Part shown: positions 35,007 to 44,910 of the stretch, in pieces
Layout: each line of letters starts with the position of its first letter
Numbering within the stretch: the stretch's first letter is position 1
IMG/VR virus record: IMGVR_UViG_3300025769_000070
From: a virus
Lineage: Duplodnaviria > Heunggongvirae > Uroviricota > Caudoviricetes
Direction: 5' to 3' (one strand)
DNA: 52,961 nucleotides
Position numbers and translations under genes: made by a program
Notes under the pieces: generated by a model
The model's input: the letters and a program-made list of their open reading frames with translations, nothing else
Told to the model about the DNA's origin: nothing
The model's database searches: none

Positions 35007-37074
35007 AGATTCTGATACAGCGGTAAAGAAAAGTCTTAAAAACTTTGAAAGAGACTTCATTAAAACAGGACGGGAAGTTTTTGAGGAAAAATGCAGACTG
35101 AAAAGTCTGTCTATCTCTCCCTCATTGGATTTTGCATTGAATGGAGGTCTTCTAGAAGGTACTTGGGTTCAAATTGTTGGAAAAGCAAAAACCGGCAAGG
35201 CACAGCCTTTGGGGTCTATAGTTTATACACCGTCTGGTCCAGTTAAGATGAGGGATATAAAACAAGGAGATAAGGTATGTACCCCAGATGGGAAAAGTGC
35301 CAAAATTTTAAAAATTTATCCACAAGGGGTTAAAGAAGTTTATAAAGTTACTTTTAATGATAATACTTCCGCCTTCTGTTGTAAGGACCATTTATGGAAA
35401 GTTGCTAAAAATAATGGTAAAAATGAATACGTTGTTTTATCTCTAGAGGAAATACTTAGAAAGGGTTTGAAATATCACGATAGAAATAAGTGGAAAATTC
35501 AATTAACTGAACCTGTTAAGTTTAATAGGCGACAATTAGGGGTAAAACCTTACATCTTAGGATGTTTGATAGGCGATGGTGGACTAACACATGGAACACC
35601 TATGATTTCGTCAGCAGATGAAGAAATTTTAGATGAATTTAGAAGCTATTGTGATTCTATAGGAGCAAAGCTTATACATAGGTCTAATTATGATTATGCC
35701 ATATCTTATGGTGCAGATCATAAAAAGAAAGAAAACCAACTAACTAAGGAATTAAGAAATCTAAAACTGATGGGATGTAACTCTCATCAAAAGTTTATAC
35801 CTGAAGACTATAAATATTCGGACTATTTGGATCGTTTAGATTTAGCCAGGGGTTTAATGGATACTGATGGTTTTAATGATAAAGGTAAGACTGGAGAATA
35901 TACTACAGTATCTAAGCAATTATCTAAAGATGTAATGGAGCTTTTGCAGTCATTAGGTTACAAAGTAAAAATCAAGATGAGAGAGACTAAATGTGATGGT
36001 AAAAGCTTTCTTTCTTATAGACTGCACATTGCCGGAAATGATATTTCTAATATTTTTTCTTTAACACGAAAGAAATTTGATAAAAAGAGGATTAAGCCCA
36101 AATTATTTCGTTCTATTAAAAGTGTGGAACAGGTTGCCAGTGAAGAGTGTCAATGTATCGAATTAGATAGTAAGGATCATCTATATCTAACCGACAATTT
36201 TATTGTCACTCATAACACCTCAACAATACTTCAAATTGCTGCCAATGCTCAAGCCGAAGGTAGAAATGTAGTATATCTAGATGCAGAGGGTAGAATAAAG
36301 AAGTATAACCTTTGCGGAGTAAAAGGTCTTGATCTGGATAAGATTCAGTTAATTCAATCAGATGGTAATACAATATTAACTGCGGAAATGTTTTTAAATG
36401 CACTAGAGGAAAAGATAAAAGCTCCAGAAAATGAGGGTGCCTTATTTATCATAGATTCTCTTTCAAGTCTTATTCCAGCTAAAGAATTAGAGGGATATGT
36501 TAGCGGGGATTTCCGACCAGGACTTCCAAAGATATTATCTAATTTTTGTAAGAGGATGGGACAAGTTGTACCAAAAACGAAAGCTATAATTATAGGTATT
36601 CATCATTTGATCTCAACACAATCTTCAATGCCAGGGGCTAAACAATGGACTGCTGATGGCGGTGTTAAAATAGGTTATCAATACGACACTATGATGCAAG
36701 TTTCTCACAGTAAAGACTGGATTGATGATAACGGGAATCGTATCGGTCAAGAGATTAACTGGAAGATTTTGACTTCCTCACAAGGAACTGATAAAACTAA
36801 CGCTATTAGTTATTTTAGATTTAATCACGGTCTGGATAACGTTGAAGAGATTGTTGCTCTTGGAGATGATTTTGGAATCTTCAACAAAAAAGGTGCATGG
36901 TATTATATGAACTTTTTGGAGAACTATAAGGAAGAAATAGGTGAACAGATGTTGTTAGATCTGCAAGAGAAAAAATATGGTTTTCAAGGTAAGGCTAAAC
37001 TATGCAGCTTTTTAAACGATAATCCCTCAGTCGTTAAAGTTATTGAAAAAGAAATGAAGGAATTTTTAGTTTGA
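34999..37074 (+). CDS. recA: RecA/UvsX-like recombinase with an intein
   Basis: SLDFALNGG, Walker A GKAKTGK|T interrupted by the intein, YLDAE, Walker B IIDSLS. Confidence 0.9.
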   Translation: MSKDSDTAVKKSLKNFERDFIKTGREVFEEKCRLKSLSISPSLDFALNGGLLEGTWVQIVGKAKTGKAQPLGSIVYTPSGPVKMRDIKQGDKVCTPDGKSAKILKIYPQGVKEVYKVTFNDNTSAFCCKDHLWKVAKNNGKNEYVVLSLEEILRKGLKYHDRNKWKIQLTEPVKFNRRQLGVKPYILGCLIGDGGLTHGTPMISSADEEILDEFRSYCDSIGAKLIHRSNYDYAISYGADHKKKENQLTKELRNLKLMGCNSHQKFIPEDYKYSDYLDRLDLARGLMDTDGFNDKGKTGEYTTVSKQLSKDVMELLQSLGYKVKIKMRETKCDGKSFLSYRLHIAGNDISNIFSLTRKKFDKKRIKPKLFRSIKSVEQVASEECQCIELDSKDHLYLTDNFIVTHNTSTILQIAANAQAEGRNVVYLDAEGRIKKYNLCGVKGLDLDKIQLIQSDGNTILTAEMFLNALEEKIKAPENEGALFIIDSLSSLIPAKELEGYVSGDFRPGLPKILSNFCKRMGQVVPKTKAIIIGIHHLISTQSSMPGAKQWTADGGVKIGYQYDTMMQVSHSKDWIDDNGNRIGQEINWKILTSSQGTDKTNAISYFRFNHGLDNVEEIVALGDDFGIFNKKGAWYYMNFLENYKEEIGEQMLLDLQEKKYGFQGKAKLCSFLNDNPSVVKVIEKEMKEFLV
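35200..36216 (+). mobile_element. cis intein (339 aa) with LAGLIDADG endonuclease, class 3 signature
   Basis: Starts AQPL, ends VTHN|T. WCT triad: DHLW, CQC, THN. LAGLIDADG-like motifs LGCLIGDG and ARGLMDTDG. Confidence 0.9.
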
Positions 37075-37487
37075 GAGTCATAGGATTTGACAAAAAAATT
37101 TACAATATAAATTTTTCAAAGTCTGCACATAAAAGCTTTAGAGAAAATAAGTCTGCCTATCATAATAAAGCTAGAAAATTAATCTCTGAGATATTTCCAT
37201 TTGAAGTTGTTTATGAAGAAACTACTCTACCGGGATCTAGAACAAGAGCTACTGGTCTTCTTTACGCTGACTTCATTATCCCCAAATTATCTATAATCAT
37301 AGAAGTTCATGGGGAACAACATTATAAATTCAGCAAATTCTTTCATAAAACCAAAAAAGGCTTTCAAGAGCATAAACGTAGAGACTTCAAAAAAATGGAA
37401 TGGTGTTTGTTGAATGATATAACCATGATAGTACTACCCTTTGATAAGGAAGAAGAATGGGAGAGTCTACTGAAAAACTGGAAGTAG
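37071..37487 (+). CDS. PD-(D/E)XK endonuclease (DUF559/Vsr-like)
   Basis: LYADFIIP, IIEVHGEQHY, DFKKMEWC. Confidence 0.8.
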   Translation: MRVIGFDKKIYNINFSKSAHKSFRENKSAYHNKARKLISEIFPFEVVYEETTLPGSRTRATGLLYADFIIPKLSIIIEVHGEQHYKFSKFFHKTKKGFQEHKRRDFKKMEWCLLNDITMIVLPFDKEEEWESLLKNWK

Positions 37488-37942
37488 AAAATATATTAGC
37501 AGAACTTGATTCTTTCTTGAATCAATATGAAATTGCTAATCATATTAATTTGTGCGAGTCGGACGCATCAGTGTACGAGTCTCTAAATTTTTCCACTAAA
37601 CAACTTAAGGATTTGAGTAATGAAGAAGCTTTAACACATTCATATCTAATACAAACTTACATCTCTAAGCTCACTCACAAACAGAATAAGGAAACGGCTA
37701 GATTTGAATGGGCCTGTAATGCTTTTAATGATATGTATATACGATGTATGAATAATACAGAATTCCCAGATTATACAAGTAACTTATCTAAGGAACAGAT
37801 TATATGCGATAAATATCCAGTGGTCAATAAACTCAGAGAAATTATGCGTAAATCTAAAACGGTATGTACACTATATACAAACAAAATTACACCATTGAAT
37901 AAAACAGCCGAAATTCTTTATCAATTATCGAGGATCAAATGA
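37457..37942 (+). CDS. helical hypothetical protein in the recombination/replication operon
   Basis: 161-aa ORF, coupled. Confidence 0.6.
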   Translation: MGESTEKLEVENILAELDSFLNQYEIANHINLCESDASVYESLNFSTKQLKDLSNEEALTHSYLIQTYISKLTHKQNKETARFEWACNAFNDMYIRCMNNTEFPDYTSNLSKEQIICDKYPVVNKLREIMRKSKTVCTLYTNKITPLNKTAEILYQLSRIK

Positions 37943-38421
37943 GGTTAACACAAGCTATCAATAAAATCAAATTGGGGATACAAGAGGGTGATGAAGAATT
38001 AATTGAAGAGGGCTTTTTCCTTTTAACAGGTGAAAAAGTTTTATTCCCTGATGAAGATTATTCAGTACCAGATAATAATAAGGAAAGTTTATCTGATACT
38101 CCAAAAGTAATACATAATAGTACTAACAGAGCAGACAGAGCAGACATAGAAGACTTCTCTATGTTTAAGAACAAGAGAGAGCCAGAAAAGAAAAAATTCG
38201 TAAATAATTTTAACCCTGAATCTGTAGTAATAGAGAAAGAGCCTGATGAAGACCTTATTAATGATAAGGTAAAGCCAGTTCCAAGGACTCGTGCGGCGTT
38301 TAAGATGACAACTGTCTTCTGTCAAGATTGTCATAAGAACATTGAGATAAATCCACAATTCAAGAAAGAGCCTTATTACTGTGACTTCATCAAATGTGGA
38401 CAAAAATGCCCAAATTCTTAG
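37939..38421 (+). CDS. hypothetical protein with C-terminal Cys cluster
   Basis: CQDC...YCDFIKC. Confidence 0.6.
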   Translation: MRLTQAINKIKLGIQEGDEELIEEGFFLLTGEKVLFPDEDYSVPDNNKESLSDTPKVIHNSTNRADRADIEDFSMFKNKREPEKKKFVNNFNPESVVIEKEPDEDLINDKVKPVPRTRAAFKMTTVFCQDCHKNIEINPQFKKEPYYCDFIKCGQKCPNS

Positions 38422-39883
38422 TAATGTAGCATCTGAAAAAGCTGTTATTTCTGGACTAATAAATCATGGTATCAACGCATTTGTAGATATCCAGTCGATA
38501 GTAAAAGAGGATAGTTTTACTATTGATAATAATAAGGTGATATTTAAATGTGTGACTAAGGCTTTAGAAACTTCCTCGTCTATCGACTTAACTTCAATTC
38601 TTTCTGCGGCAAAACAACTTGATCTAGATGAATATCTGAATAAACCAGATGTTTTAAAACATCTCCAGCATCTGATGAGGTACGAAGTAAAGCTAGAGAA
38701 TGTAAGAAATCACGGCTTAAAGATTCGTAAACTACAGTTTACTAGAGAACTGCAAAATTCTCTTAGACATATTTATTTAGGTTTGAATGATGTTGATGGT
38801 GATCAGAGTGTCACAGAAATTCTTTCTATAGCTGAGAGTAGAATAGAAGAAATTGCATCAGAATATATTAGAGAGGATAGAAGTAATCCGCAGCTTATTG
38901 GGCATAATGTAATTGAATATGTCGAAAACTTGATGGATCAAGAAATTCGACCACCCGGAATCTCTACAGGTTTTCCAGCGTTCGACTTGGCTATTGGAGG
39001 CGGTCTTCGCAGGCAATGCGTTGATCTTATCGGAGCAAGGAGCAAGGCGGGAAAGTCAGTACTAGCCGATAATGTGGCGGAATTTGTCACAAGTCTAGGA
39101 GATAATGGAATTCCCGTTCTTATGCTAGATACGGAAATGAGTGAGACTGATCATCAAAATAGATTGTTAGCACTTCTCAGTAGAGTACCAATTAATAATA
39201 TCTCAAGCAGTTCTTTTAAAACTGATGAAGCATCAGTTGACAATCTAAAGAGAGCCGCTAAAGATTTATCTGAAAGACCTTACCATTATATTAATGTTTC
39301 TGGTCGCCCATTTGATGAAATTCTTTCTGTGGCACGACGTTGGCTTTTAAAAGAAGTAGGCTATGACAAAAATGGAAGAATGAATGATTGCCTTATTATT
39401 TATGATTATCTAAAGTTAATGTCATCAGACAGTCTAAATGGTAATATGGCAGAATTCCAAGCACTTGGTTTTCAAATTACTAAACTGCACAACTTTTGTG
39501 TTCAATACGATTGCCCCTGCCTGTCATTCGTACAGCTTAACCGTGACGGTATTACTAAAGAGACTGAAGACGCTGTATCTGGGTCAGATAGACTTATTTG
39601 GCTTGCTACATCCTTTTCTATTTTCAAGACTAAGACAGACGAAGAATTTGCTCAAGATAAAGTTCTTTATGGAGATAAAGCCGGAAATCGAAAATTAATA
39701 CCTGTGGTCAGTCGTCATGGACCTGGAATGGAAAGTGGCTATATTTGTATGCAAATGAATGGAGAAATAGCCGAGATCAAAGAGTTAGGGACATTAAGAG
39801 AAATCCAGAAAGAGAAAGAATTAAAGAATGATGGAGTCCCTGACAGAACCCCAGAAGAAAGCGATGAAGAGGCAGGCGACTGA
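38381..39883 (+). CDS. dnaB: replicative DNA helicase
   Basis: SEKAVISG, ISTGF..FD...GG, GARSKAGKS, DTEMS, IIYDYL, VQLNR. Confidence 0.93.
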   Translation: MTSSNVDKNAQILSNVASEKAVISGLINHGINAFVDIQSIVKEDSFTIDNNKVIFKCVTKALETSSSIDLTSILSAAKQLDLDEYLNKPDVLKHLQHLMRYEVKLENVRNHGLKIRKLQFTRELQNSLRHIYLGLNDVDGDQSVTEILSIAESRIEEIASEYIREDRSNPQLIGHNVIEYVENLMDQEIRPPGISTGFPAFDLAIGGGLRRQCVDLIGARSKAGKSVLADNVAEFVTSLGDNGIPVLMLDTEMSETDHQNRLLALLSRVPINNISSSSFKTDEASVDNLKRAAKDLSERPYHYINVSGRPFDEILSVARRWLLKEVGYDKNGRMNDCLIIYDYLKLMSSDSLNGNMAEFQALGFQITKLHNFCVQYDCPCLSFVQLNRDGITKETEDAVSGSDRLIWLATSFSIFKTKTDEEFAQDKVLYGDKAGNRKLIPVVSRHGPGMESGYICMQMNGEIAEIKELGTLREIQKEKELKNDGVPDRTPEESDEEAGD

Positions 39884-40865
39884 TAAGATTCGAGAGATTA
39901 TGGAATCTCTTGATATTGAGGAATTTTATGAGTCTGAGAACAAAATGATAGGAAGATGCCCCGTTCATGACGGGGATAATTCTACAGCGTTTAATATTAA
40001 TATTGACCCCACCTCTGAATATTATGGAATTTGGTTTTGTAATTCTCATGGATGTCATGAAGATTGTGGAAATGATGTCTTTGGTTTAATAAAAGGCATT
40101 TTAGAGCAAAAGAGTCAAAAAGAACAGACATTTATTGACGCTGTAAATTACTTGAAGAAGTTTGTATCTGGAAAAGTAGAAAGGCAGGATAATTTACAGT
40201 ACAATCTTGAGGACTCTCGTATTGATAAGATTTTTCACAATGGGGCGATTAATAAGGTCATATGCACTAGGTCAGAGGTTATTAAAAGTTTAGAAATTCC
40301 ATGCCCTTATTATTTAGCCAGAGGATTCTCTAAAGAGATATTAGAGGAATTTGATGTTGGATATTGTAATGTACTTGGAAAGCAGATGTATAATCGAACA
40401 GTCTTTCCAGTTTATGACAAATCATGCGTCAATGTAATTGGTGCTGTCGGTCGTGCCGTGTCCTCAAATTCTTCAAAATGGATAAACAGTAAAGGATTTA
40501 ATACAGGAAATGCCCTCTATAATTACGGAAAAGCTTTTGATAGTCTAAAAAGATCTGGTGCCGCTGTACTTGTTGAAGGGCAGGGAGACGTACTGAAATT
40601 ATGGCAATCTGGAATTACTAATTGCGTGGGGCTATTTACATGCAAAATAAGTGATCGTCAGACTATACTGTTAGAAGAAGCTTCCGTGGGCACACTTTAT
40701 TTAGCTTTGGATAATGACGAGCCGGGGAGAAAAGGTAGAGAAGAAATTAAGGAGAAGTTTGGAAAAATATTTGATATAAAAGACATAAAATTCGACCATC
40801 ATGATACTGGAGACATGACACCACAAGAAATTATTGAAATAATAAAACCTCAGATTATTAGGTAG
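39828..40865 (+). CDS. DNA primase (Zn-binding + TOPRIM)
   Basis: CPVH..D, FCNSHGC, NRTVFP, LVEGQGDV, LALDND. Confidence 0.9.
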   Translation: MMESLTEPQKKAMKRQATDKIREIMESLDIEEFYESENKMIGRCPVHDGDNSTAFNINIDPTSEYYGIWFCNSHGCHEDCGNDVFGLIKGILEQKSQKEQTFIDAVNYLKKFVSGKVERQDNLQYNLEDSRIDKIFHNGAINKVICTRSEVIKSLEIPCPYYLARGFSKEILEEFDVGYCNVLGKQMYNRTVFPVYDKSCVNVIGAVGRAVSSNSSKWINSKGFNTGNALYNYGKAFDSLKRSGAAVLVEGQGDVLKLWQSGITNCVGLFTCKISDRQTILLEEASVGTLYLALDNDEPGRKGREEIKEKFGKIFDIKDIKFDHHDTGDMTPQEIIEIIKPQIIR

Positions 40866-40868
40866 TTT

Positions 40869-41069
40869 ATGAGAAAAATAAACCGAGTAAAAATAAATAG
40901 ATCTATAGAAAATCTTATGACTGCATGTAACGGAACTATCAATCAAAACAATGAGATAGCTCCGCAGACATCTATAGTAATAGAAGTATATAAAGTTTTT
41001 AGAGGTCTTAGATATTTAAACAATATAGAAATTTCTTCAGAAAATAAATACGAAAGCGAAAAAGTATAA
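40869..41069 (+). CDS. hypothetical protein
   Basis: 66-aa ORF. Confidence 0.45.
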   Translation: MRKINRVKINRSIENLMTACNGTINQNNEIAPQTSIVIEVYKVFRGLRYLNNIEISSENKYESEKV

Positions 41070-41176
41070 CGATATCAAAAGATTTTATAGCTATATTTAC
41101 GATAACGTTCAAAACGATTTAACCGTTATGAAGAGAAAACAAGAAAAATTTCATACACTTTTTAGAGAAAAATAAT

Positions 41177-42028
41177 ATGACAACAATTGTAGCGTTGGCA
41201 GGAGCTAAGGTTTCGGGAAAGTCTACTACGGTAAATTATCTACACGGTTACGAAATGAAACGTCATGGGTTTATTAAACACTTCGATATTTCTCCAGAGG
41301 GGAAGTTGATAGTTAATGCTATTTATAGAGACGAAGACAATAGACCTTTCGAATCTGCTGGTATTTTTGATTTAGACCAAAAAAATCAAGAGTTTATAGA
41401 ATATGCATCTAACTCATTTTGGCCGTTTGTTAGGGGCTTTAGTTTTGCAGAACCATTAAAAGAGTTATGTGTAAATCTATTTGGATTAGAACCAGAAAAA
41501 GTATACGGTACTGATGAACAGAAGAACTCACTAACAAAACTTAAATGGGTAGATATGCCAGGTGTTATCATTTATGATAGCGACGATATGTGTGACGAAG
41601 TATATTCTGTACTAGAGGAAGAAGGAATTGCTGAAAACTTTTATTTCAAATATTTACCAAGTGATGAAGAACAGTTCATGACTGGTAGAGAATTCATGCA
41701 ATATCTTGGTACAGACATATTAAGAAAAATATATAGTAAAATCTGGACGGATTATTGTTTAAATAATATCAAGAATACTTCTCCAGATCTAGCCTTAATA
41801 TCTGACTGCCGTTTTGAGAATGAGATTAATGCTATCCAATCAAATGGTGGAAAGGTTATCTATCTAACAAGAAATGGAAAGCCTGGAAGTCACTCAAGCG
41901 AACAGGCTGGTTCTTACATAGAACTTTATGATGCAATAATCGATAATTCCAATATGACAATTACTGAACAGAATGAAGCTGTTAAAGAGAAATTGTGCGA
42001 ATGGGGAATTTTACCTAGAAGTCTTTAA
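41177..42028 (+). CDS. deoxynucleoside monophosphate kinase
   Basis: GAKVSGKST, FAEPLKE, REFMQYLGT, ISDCRFENE. Confidence 0.85.
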   Translation: MTTIVALAGAKVSGKSTTVNYLHGYEMKRHGFIKHFDISPEGKLIVNAIYRDEDNRPFESAGIFDLDQKNQEFIEYASNSFWPFVRGFSFAEPLKELCVNLFGLEPEKVYGTDEQKNSLTKLKWVDMPGVIIYDSDDMCDEVYSVLEEEGIAENFYFKYLPSDEEQFMTGREFMQYLGTDILRKIYSKIWTDYCLNNIKNTSPDLALISDCRFENEINAIQSNGGKVIYLTRNGKPGSHSSEQAGSYIELYDAIIDNSNMTITEQNEAVKEKLCEWGILPRSL

Positions 42029-42039
42029 GAAAGCTAAAT

Positions 42040-43092
42040 ATGCTAGTCTGCTATCACCGTAGTTCCTCAATCGGAACACTTAGTTTCTGTGAACAAAAAT
42101 ATTTCTTAACTTATAATTTAGGAATGAAGGATAAGCAGAATCTTAAAGCTACTATGGGAACAATAGTACATAAGTGTATGGAGACGTTGGGAAATATTGT
42201 AATAGCCAAACGAGAAGGAAAAAGGAAGGTTAAAGACGAAATTTTTAATCATACTTTTAAGCAGCTAGAAGATCTAGAATTTATCAGTAAAATGTGTTAT
42301 GATTACTATTCTAAGCATGTTCCTGAACTGTCTGAAAAATTCACACCAAGGGTGTACCAGCAGTGCCACGATTGGTTTTTGAAGGCTTTGGCCTACAAGA
42401 ATGGCGAAATGGACCCGAGAAACCAGGATATCTTTGCGGTAGAGCAGTTTTTCGATATTGAAATCAAGAAACCTTGGGCGAAATATCGATATGATGTTGA
42501 CGGAGAGATTATAGAAGGAAATCTTTCGATTAAGGGAACTGTTGACGTTATAGTAAAACATGACGAAAATTACTTTCAAATCCTCGATTTTAAAACTGGA
42601 AAACGAATAGATTGGGCTACTGGTGAAATAAAGACGCAAGAAAAGCTGGAAAAAGATGTTCAGCTTCTTTTATATTATTATGCTCTTAAGAACACATTTC
42701 CTGATTATGAATTTTATGTTTCGATTTATTACATAAATGACTCAAAGATTGACGGAGTTGATGTGCCTGGTGGATTGTTTGATATCTGTTTTGATGAGTC
42801 AGACTATGAAAAAGCCGAAAATATACTTAGACAAAAGTTCGAATACATAAAGTCAGTTAGACAGCCTAGACTATTGTCTGATGATAATACTCATTGGAAA
42901 TGTCAATATCTGTGCAAATTTTCTGAAGAATGGGATGATTCTGGGAAGTCCACTTGCCAATTCATGCGAGACGAGGTAAAATCCAAGGGGCTATTAGATG
43001 TCGTGGCTGAATATGGAGATATTTCAAAAATATCAAAATATGGCTCAGGCGGGGGGGTATTGTCAGAAGAAGATAAAAAAGGAGATGTTTAG
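42040..43092 (+). CDS. PD-(D/E)XK RecB/Cas4-like exonuclease
   Basis: N-terminal CEQKY, GTIVH, KGTVDV, ILDFKTG, QLLLYY, C-terminal CQYLC...C. Confidence 0.85.
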   Translation: MLVCYHRSSSIGTLSFCEQKYFLTYNLGMKDKQNLKATMGTIVHKCMETLGNIVIAKREGKRKVKDEIFNHTFKQLEDLEFISKMCYDYYSKHVPELSEKFTPRVYQQCHDWFLKALAYKNGEMDPRNQDIFAVEQFFDIEIKKPWAKYRYDVDGEIIEGNLSIKGTVDVIVKHDENYFQILDFKTGKRIDWATGEIKTQEKLEKDVQLLLYYYALKNTFPDYEFYVSIYYINDSKIDGVDVPGGLFDICFDESDYEKAENILRQKFEYIKSVRQPRLLSDDNTHWKCQYLCKFSEEWDDSGKSTCQFMRDEVKSKGLLDVVAEYGDISKISKYGSGGGVLSEEDKKGDV

Positions 43093-43209
43093 TGGATGTA
43101 GATAGAATAATATTAAACATTGAAATTAATTTATATAAGTCTTTAGTAAAACAATATGGTTTTGCTTTAGCTGTTTATTCTGACAATGCTTTTGACTGGG
43201 GGATAATAA

Positions 43210-44655
43210 ATGAGACAATTGAAAGATCAGAATACAAAATGGTTTCCAACTAGAGTAACTTCACATTACTCACTATTACAGTCAACATTAACACCTAAAG
43301 TTTTAGTATCTACTGCTAAATCTTTTGGGTATAATTCTGTAGCACTTACAGATTACGCATCTGTTTCAGGTGCTGTTCAATTTATAAAGGCTTGTAAAAA
43401 GGAAGAGATCAAAGGGATTATCGGATGCGAGATCCCCGTAGAAAATTATGGAGGAACTATAATTGTTCTTTGCAAGAATAAAGAAGCATGGGTTAAGCTA
43501 TTAAAAATTGTTTCTATATGCAATAAGCATGAGGGATTGATATTCCCGTCAGAATCTCTGTCTATTATAGAAGGGGATTTTTTTGTTATTGACGGATATA
43601 TTGGAAGCCGATTATTTTATCATATTGTTGAAGACCCAGCATGTATTCATAAGGCTGAGACTGAAGAAGAAGCAGTCTCTTGTCTAGATAATACAAACCA
43701 GGATTTAGTTATTCAGAAGATTAATGACTACATTAATTTATTTGGGGAAAACTATTTCTTAGAGCTTAATAGAATCAATGGAAAAGAGTTCCCATCTTCT
43801 AACGCAGTGTCTGATTATCTATCTCAGATTGCTACAGACATGAATTTTTCTAACTTGGTTGCTGGTTGCCCAATTAATTACGCCAAGCCTGAAGACGCGG
43901 TAGACCATCGTCTTTTACTATCATCTAAGATGAAGGTGACCAGTAGTAATGCGGAGAAGGGGCTACTTAAAGAAGATTTTTACAAATTTACAAAATTCTT
44001 CAAGAGTAACCTTTATTGTTTTCCAGACCAAGAGAATATAAAAAAACTCTATGAACCTAATCTGATTGAAAATGTGGGCAAGATTGATGAACAATGTGAG
44101 TCCTATGATATTCTTTCTGCCCCACTATTACCAGTGTTTGATTGTCCCGGTGGTTTAAGCCAGATCGAATACCTTAAACAGCTATGCCGTGAGGGTTGGA
44201 AAAACAAATTAATACCACAAGGTGTTGTAAAAACAGAAGAGAAGAGTATTGAGTATAGAGATAGAGTATTAAGCGAACTTAAAATCATTGAAGAAGCTAA
44301 TCTTGCTGGCTACTTTCTTATCGTAGCAGACTATGTAAATAAATTCAGGGATAATGGACGATTAATCGGTCCTGGGAGAGGGTGTTTCTTACCAGATACA
44401 AGAATCAAGATGGATGATGGAATCTATACCCCCATTGCTTCAATTGAAATTGGAGACAAGGTTATAGATGCTTATGGAAAGCCTCAAGAGGTATATGACA
44501 AACTAGAATATGATGTAGATGAAGACATTATTGAGTTAGAATTTGAAAATGGAAAAATTGTCAGATGTACTCAAGATCATAAATTTTTAACGAATAACAG
44601 AGGTTGGGTAGAAGCTAAAGATCTAAATAATGAAGACGATGTGGTCGAGGTATAA
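43210..44655 (+). CDS. dnaE: DNA polymerase III alpha (DnaE) fragment 1: PHP domain plus split-intein N-part
   Basis: SHYSLL, ALTD, GIIGCE, EL.II....LAGYFLIVAD, GPGRG then CFLPD. Confidence 0.9.
   Translation: MRQLKDQNTKWFPTRVTSHYSLLQSTLTPKVLVSTAKSFGYNSVALTDYASVSGAVQFIKACKKEEIKGIIGCEIPVENYGGTIIVLCKNKEAWVKLLKIVSICNKHEGLIFPSESLSIIEGDFFVIDGYIGSRLFYHIVEDPACIHKAETEEEAVSCLDNTNQDLVIQKINDYINLFGENYFLELNRINGKEFPSSNAVSDYLSQIATDMNFSNLVAGCPINYAKPEDAVDHRLLLSSKMKVTSSNAEKGLLKEDFYKFTKFFKSNLYCFPDQENIKKLYEPNLIENVGKIDEQCESYDILSAPLLPVFDCPGGLSQIEYLKQLCREGWKNKLIPQGVVKTEEKSIEYRDRVLSELKIIEEANLAGYFLIVADYVNKFRDNGRLIGPGRGCFLPDTRIKMDDGIYTPIASIEIGDKVIDAYGKPQEVYDKLEYDVDEDIIELEFENGKIVRCTQDHKFLTNNRGWVEAKDLNNEDDVVEV
44383..44652 (+). 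mobile_element. split intein N-fragment 1 (90 aa)
   Basis: CFLPDT (block A) and CTQDHKF (block B), then stop; acidic tail. Confidence 0.9.
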
Positions 44656-44694
44656 AAAGAACCTCGATTGGGACTTTTGGGTGTATAGGATGAT

Positions 44695-44910
44695 ATGATG
44701 AGAACTAAGAGACTATATCAAATAATTTACAGGCATGAACAGTATATTCAACCTATGTCTAAATTAATTAGTAGTTGTTTTATTACACTCTACAGAGAAG
44801 ATGTAGTTAGTCTAAATTTGCCTAGATTAATTAGGACTCATTCATGGCTCAGTCTTGTCTCTTGTGAAGACGAGTATTTTTTCATAGAAGAAGTCAAATA
44901 TGAAGAGTGA
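44695..44910 (+). CDS. hypothetical protein between the split-intein halves
   Basis: 71-aa ORF. Confidence 0.35.
   Translation: MMRTKRLYQIIYRHEQYIQPMSKLISSCFITLYREDVVSLNLPRLIRTHSWLSLVSCEDEYFFIEEVKYEE

Noticed and set aside
42040-43092. Cas4-like gene as part of a CRISPR-Cas system
   Set aside because: It is a solo gene among replication genes with no cas1/cas2 or array; such nucleases are common in phages.
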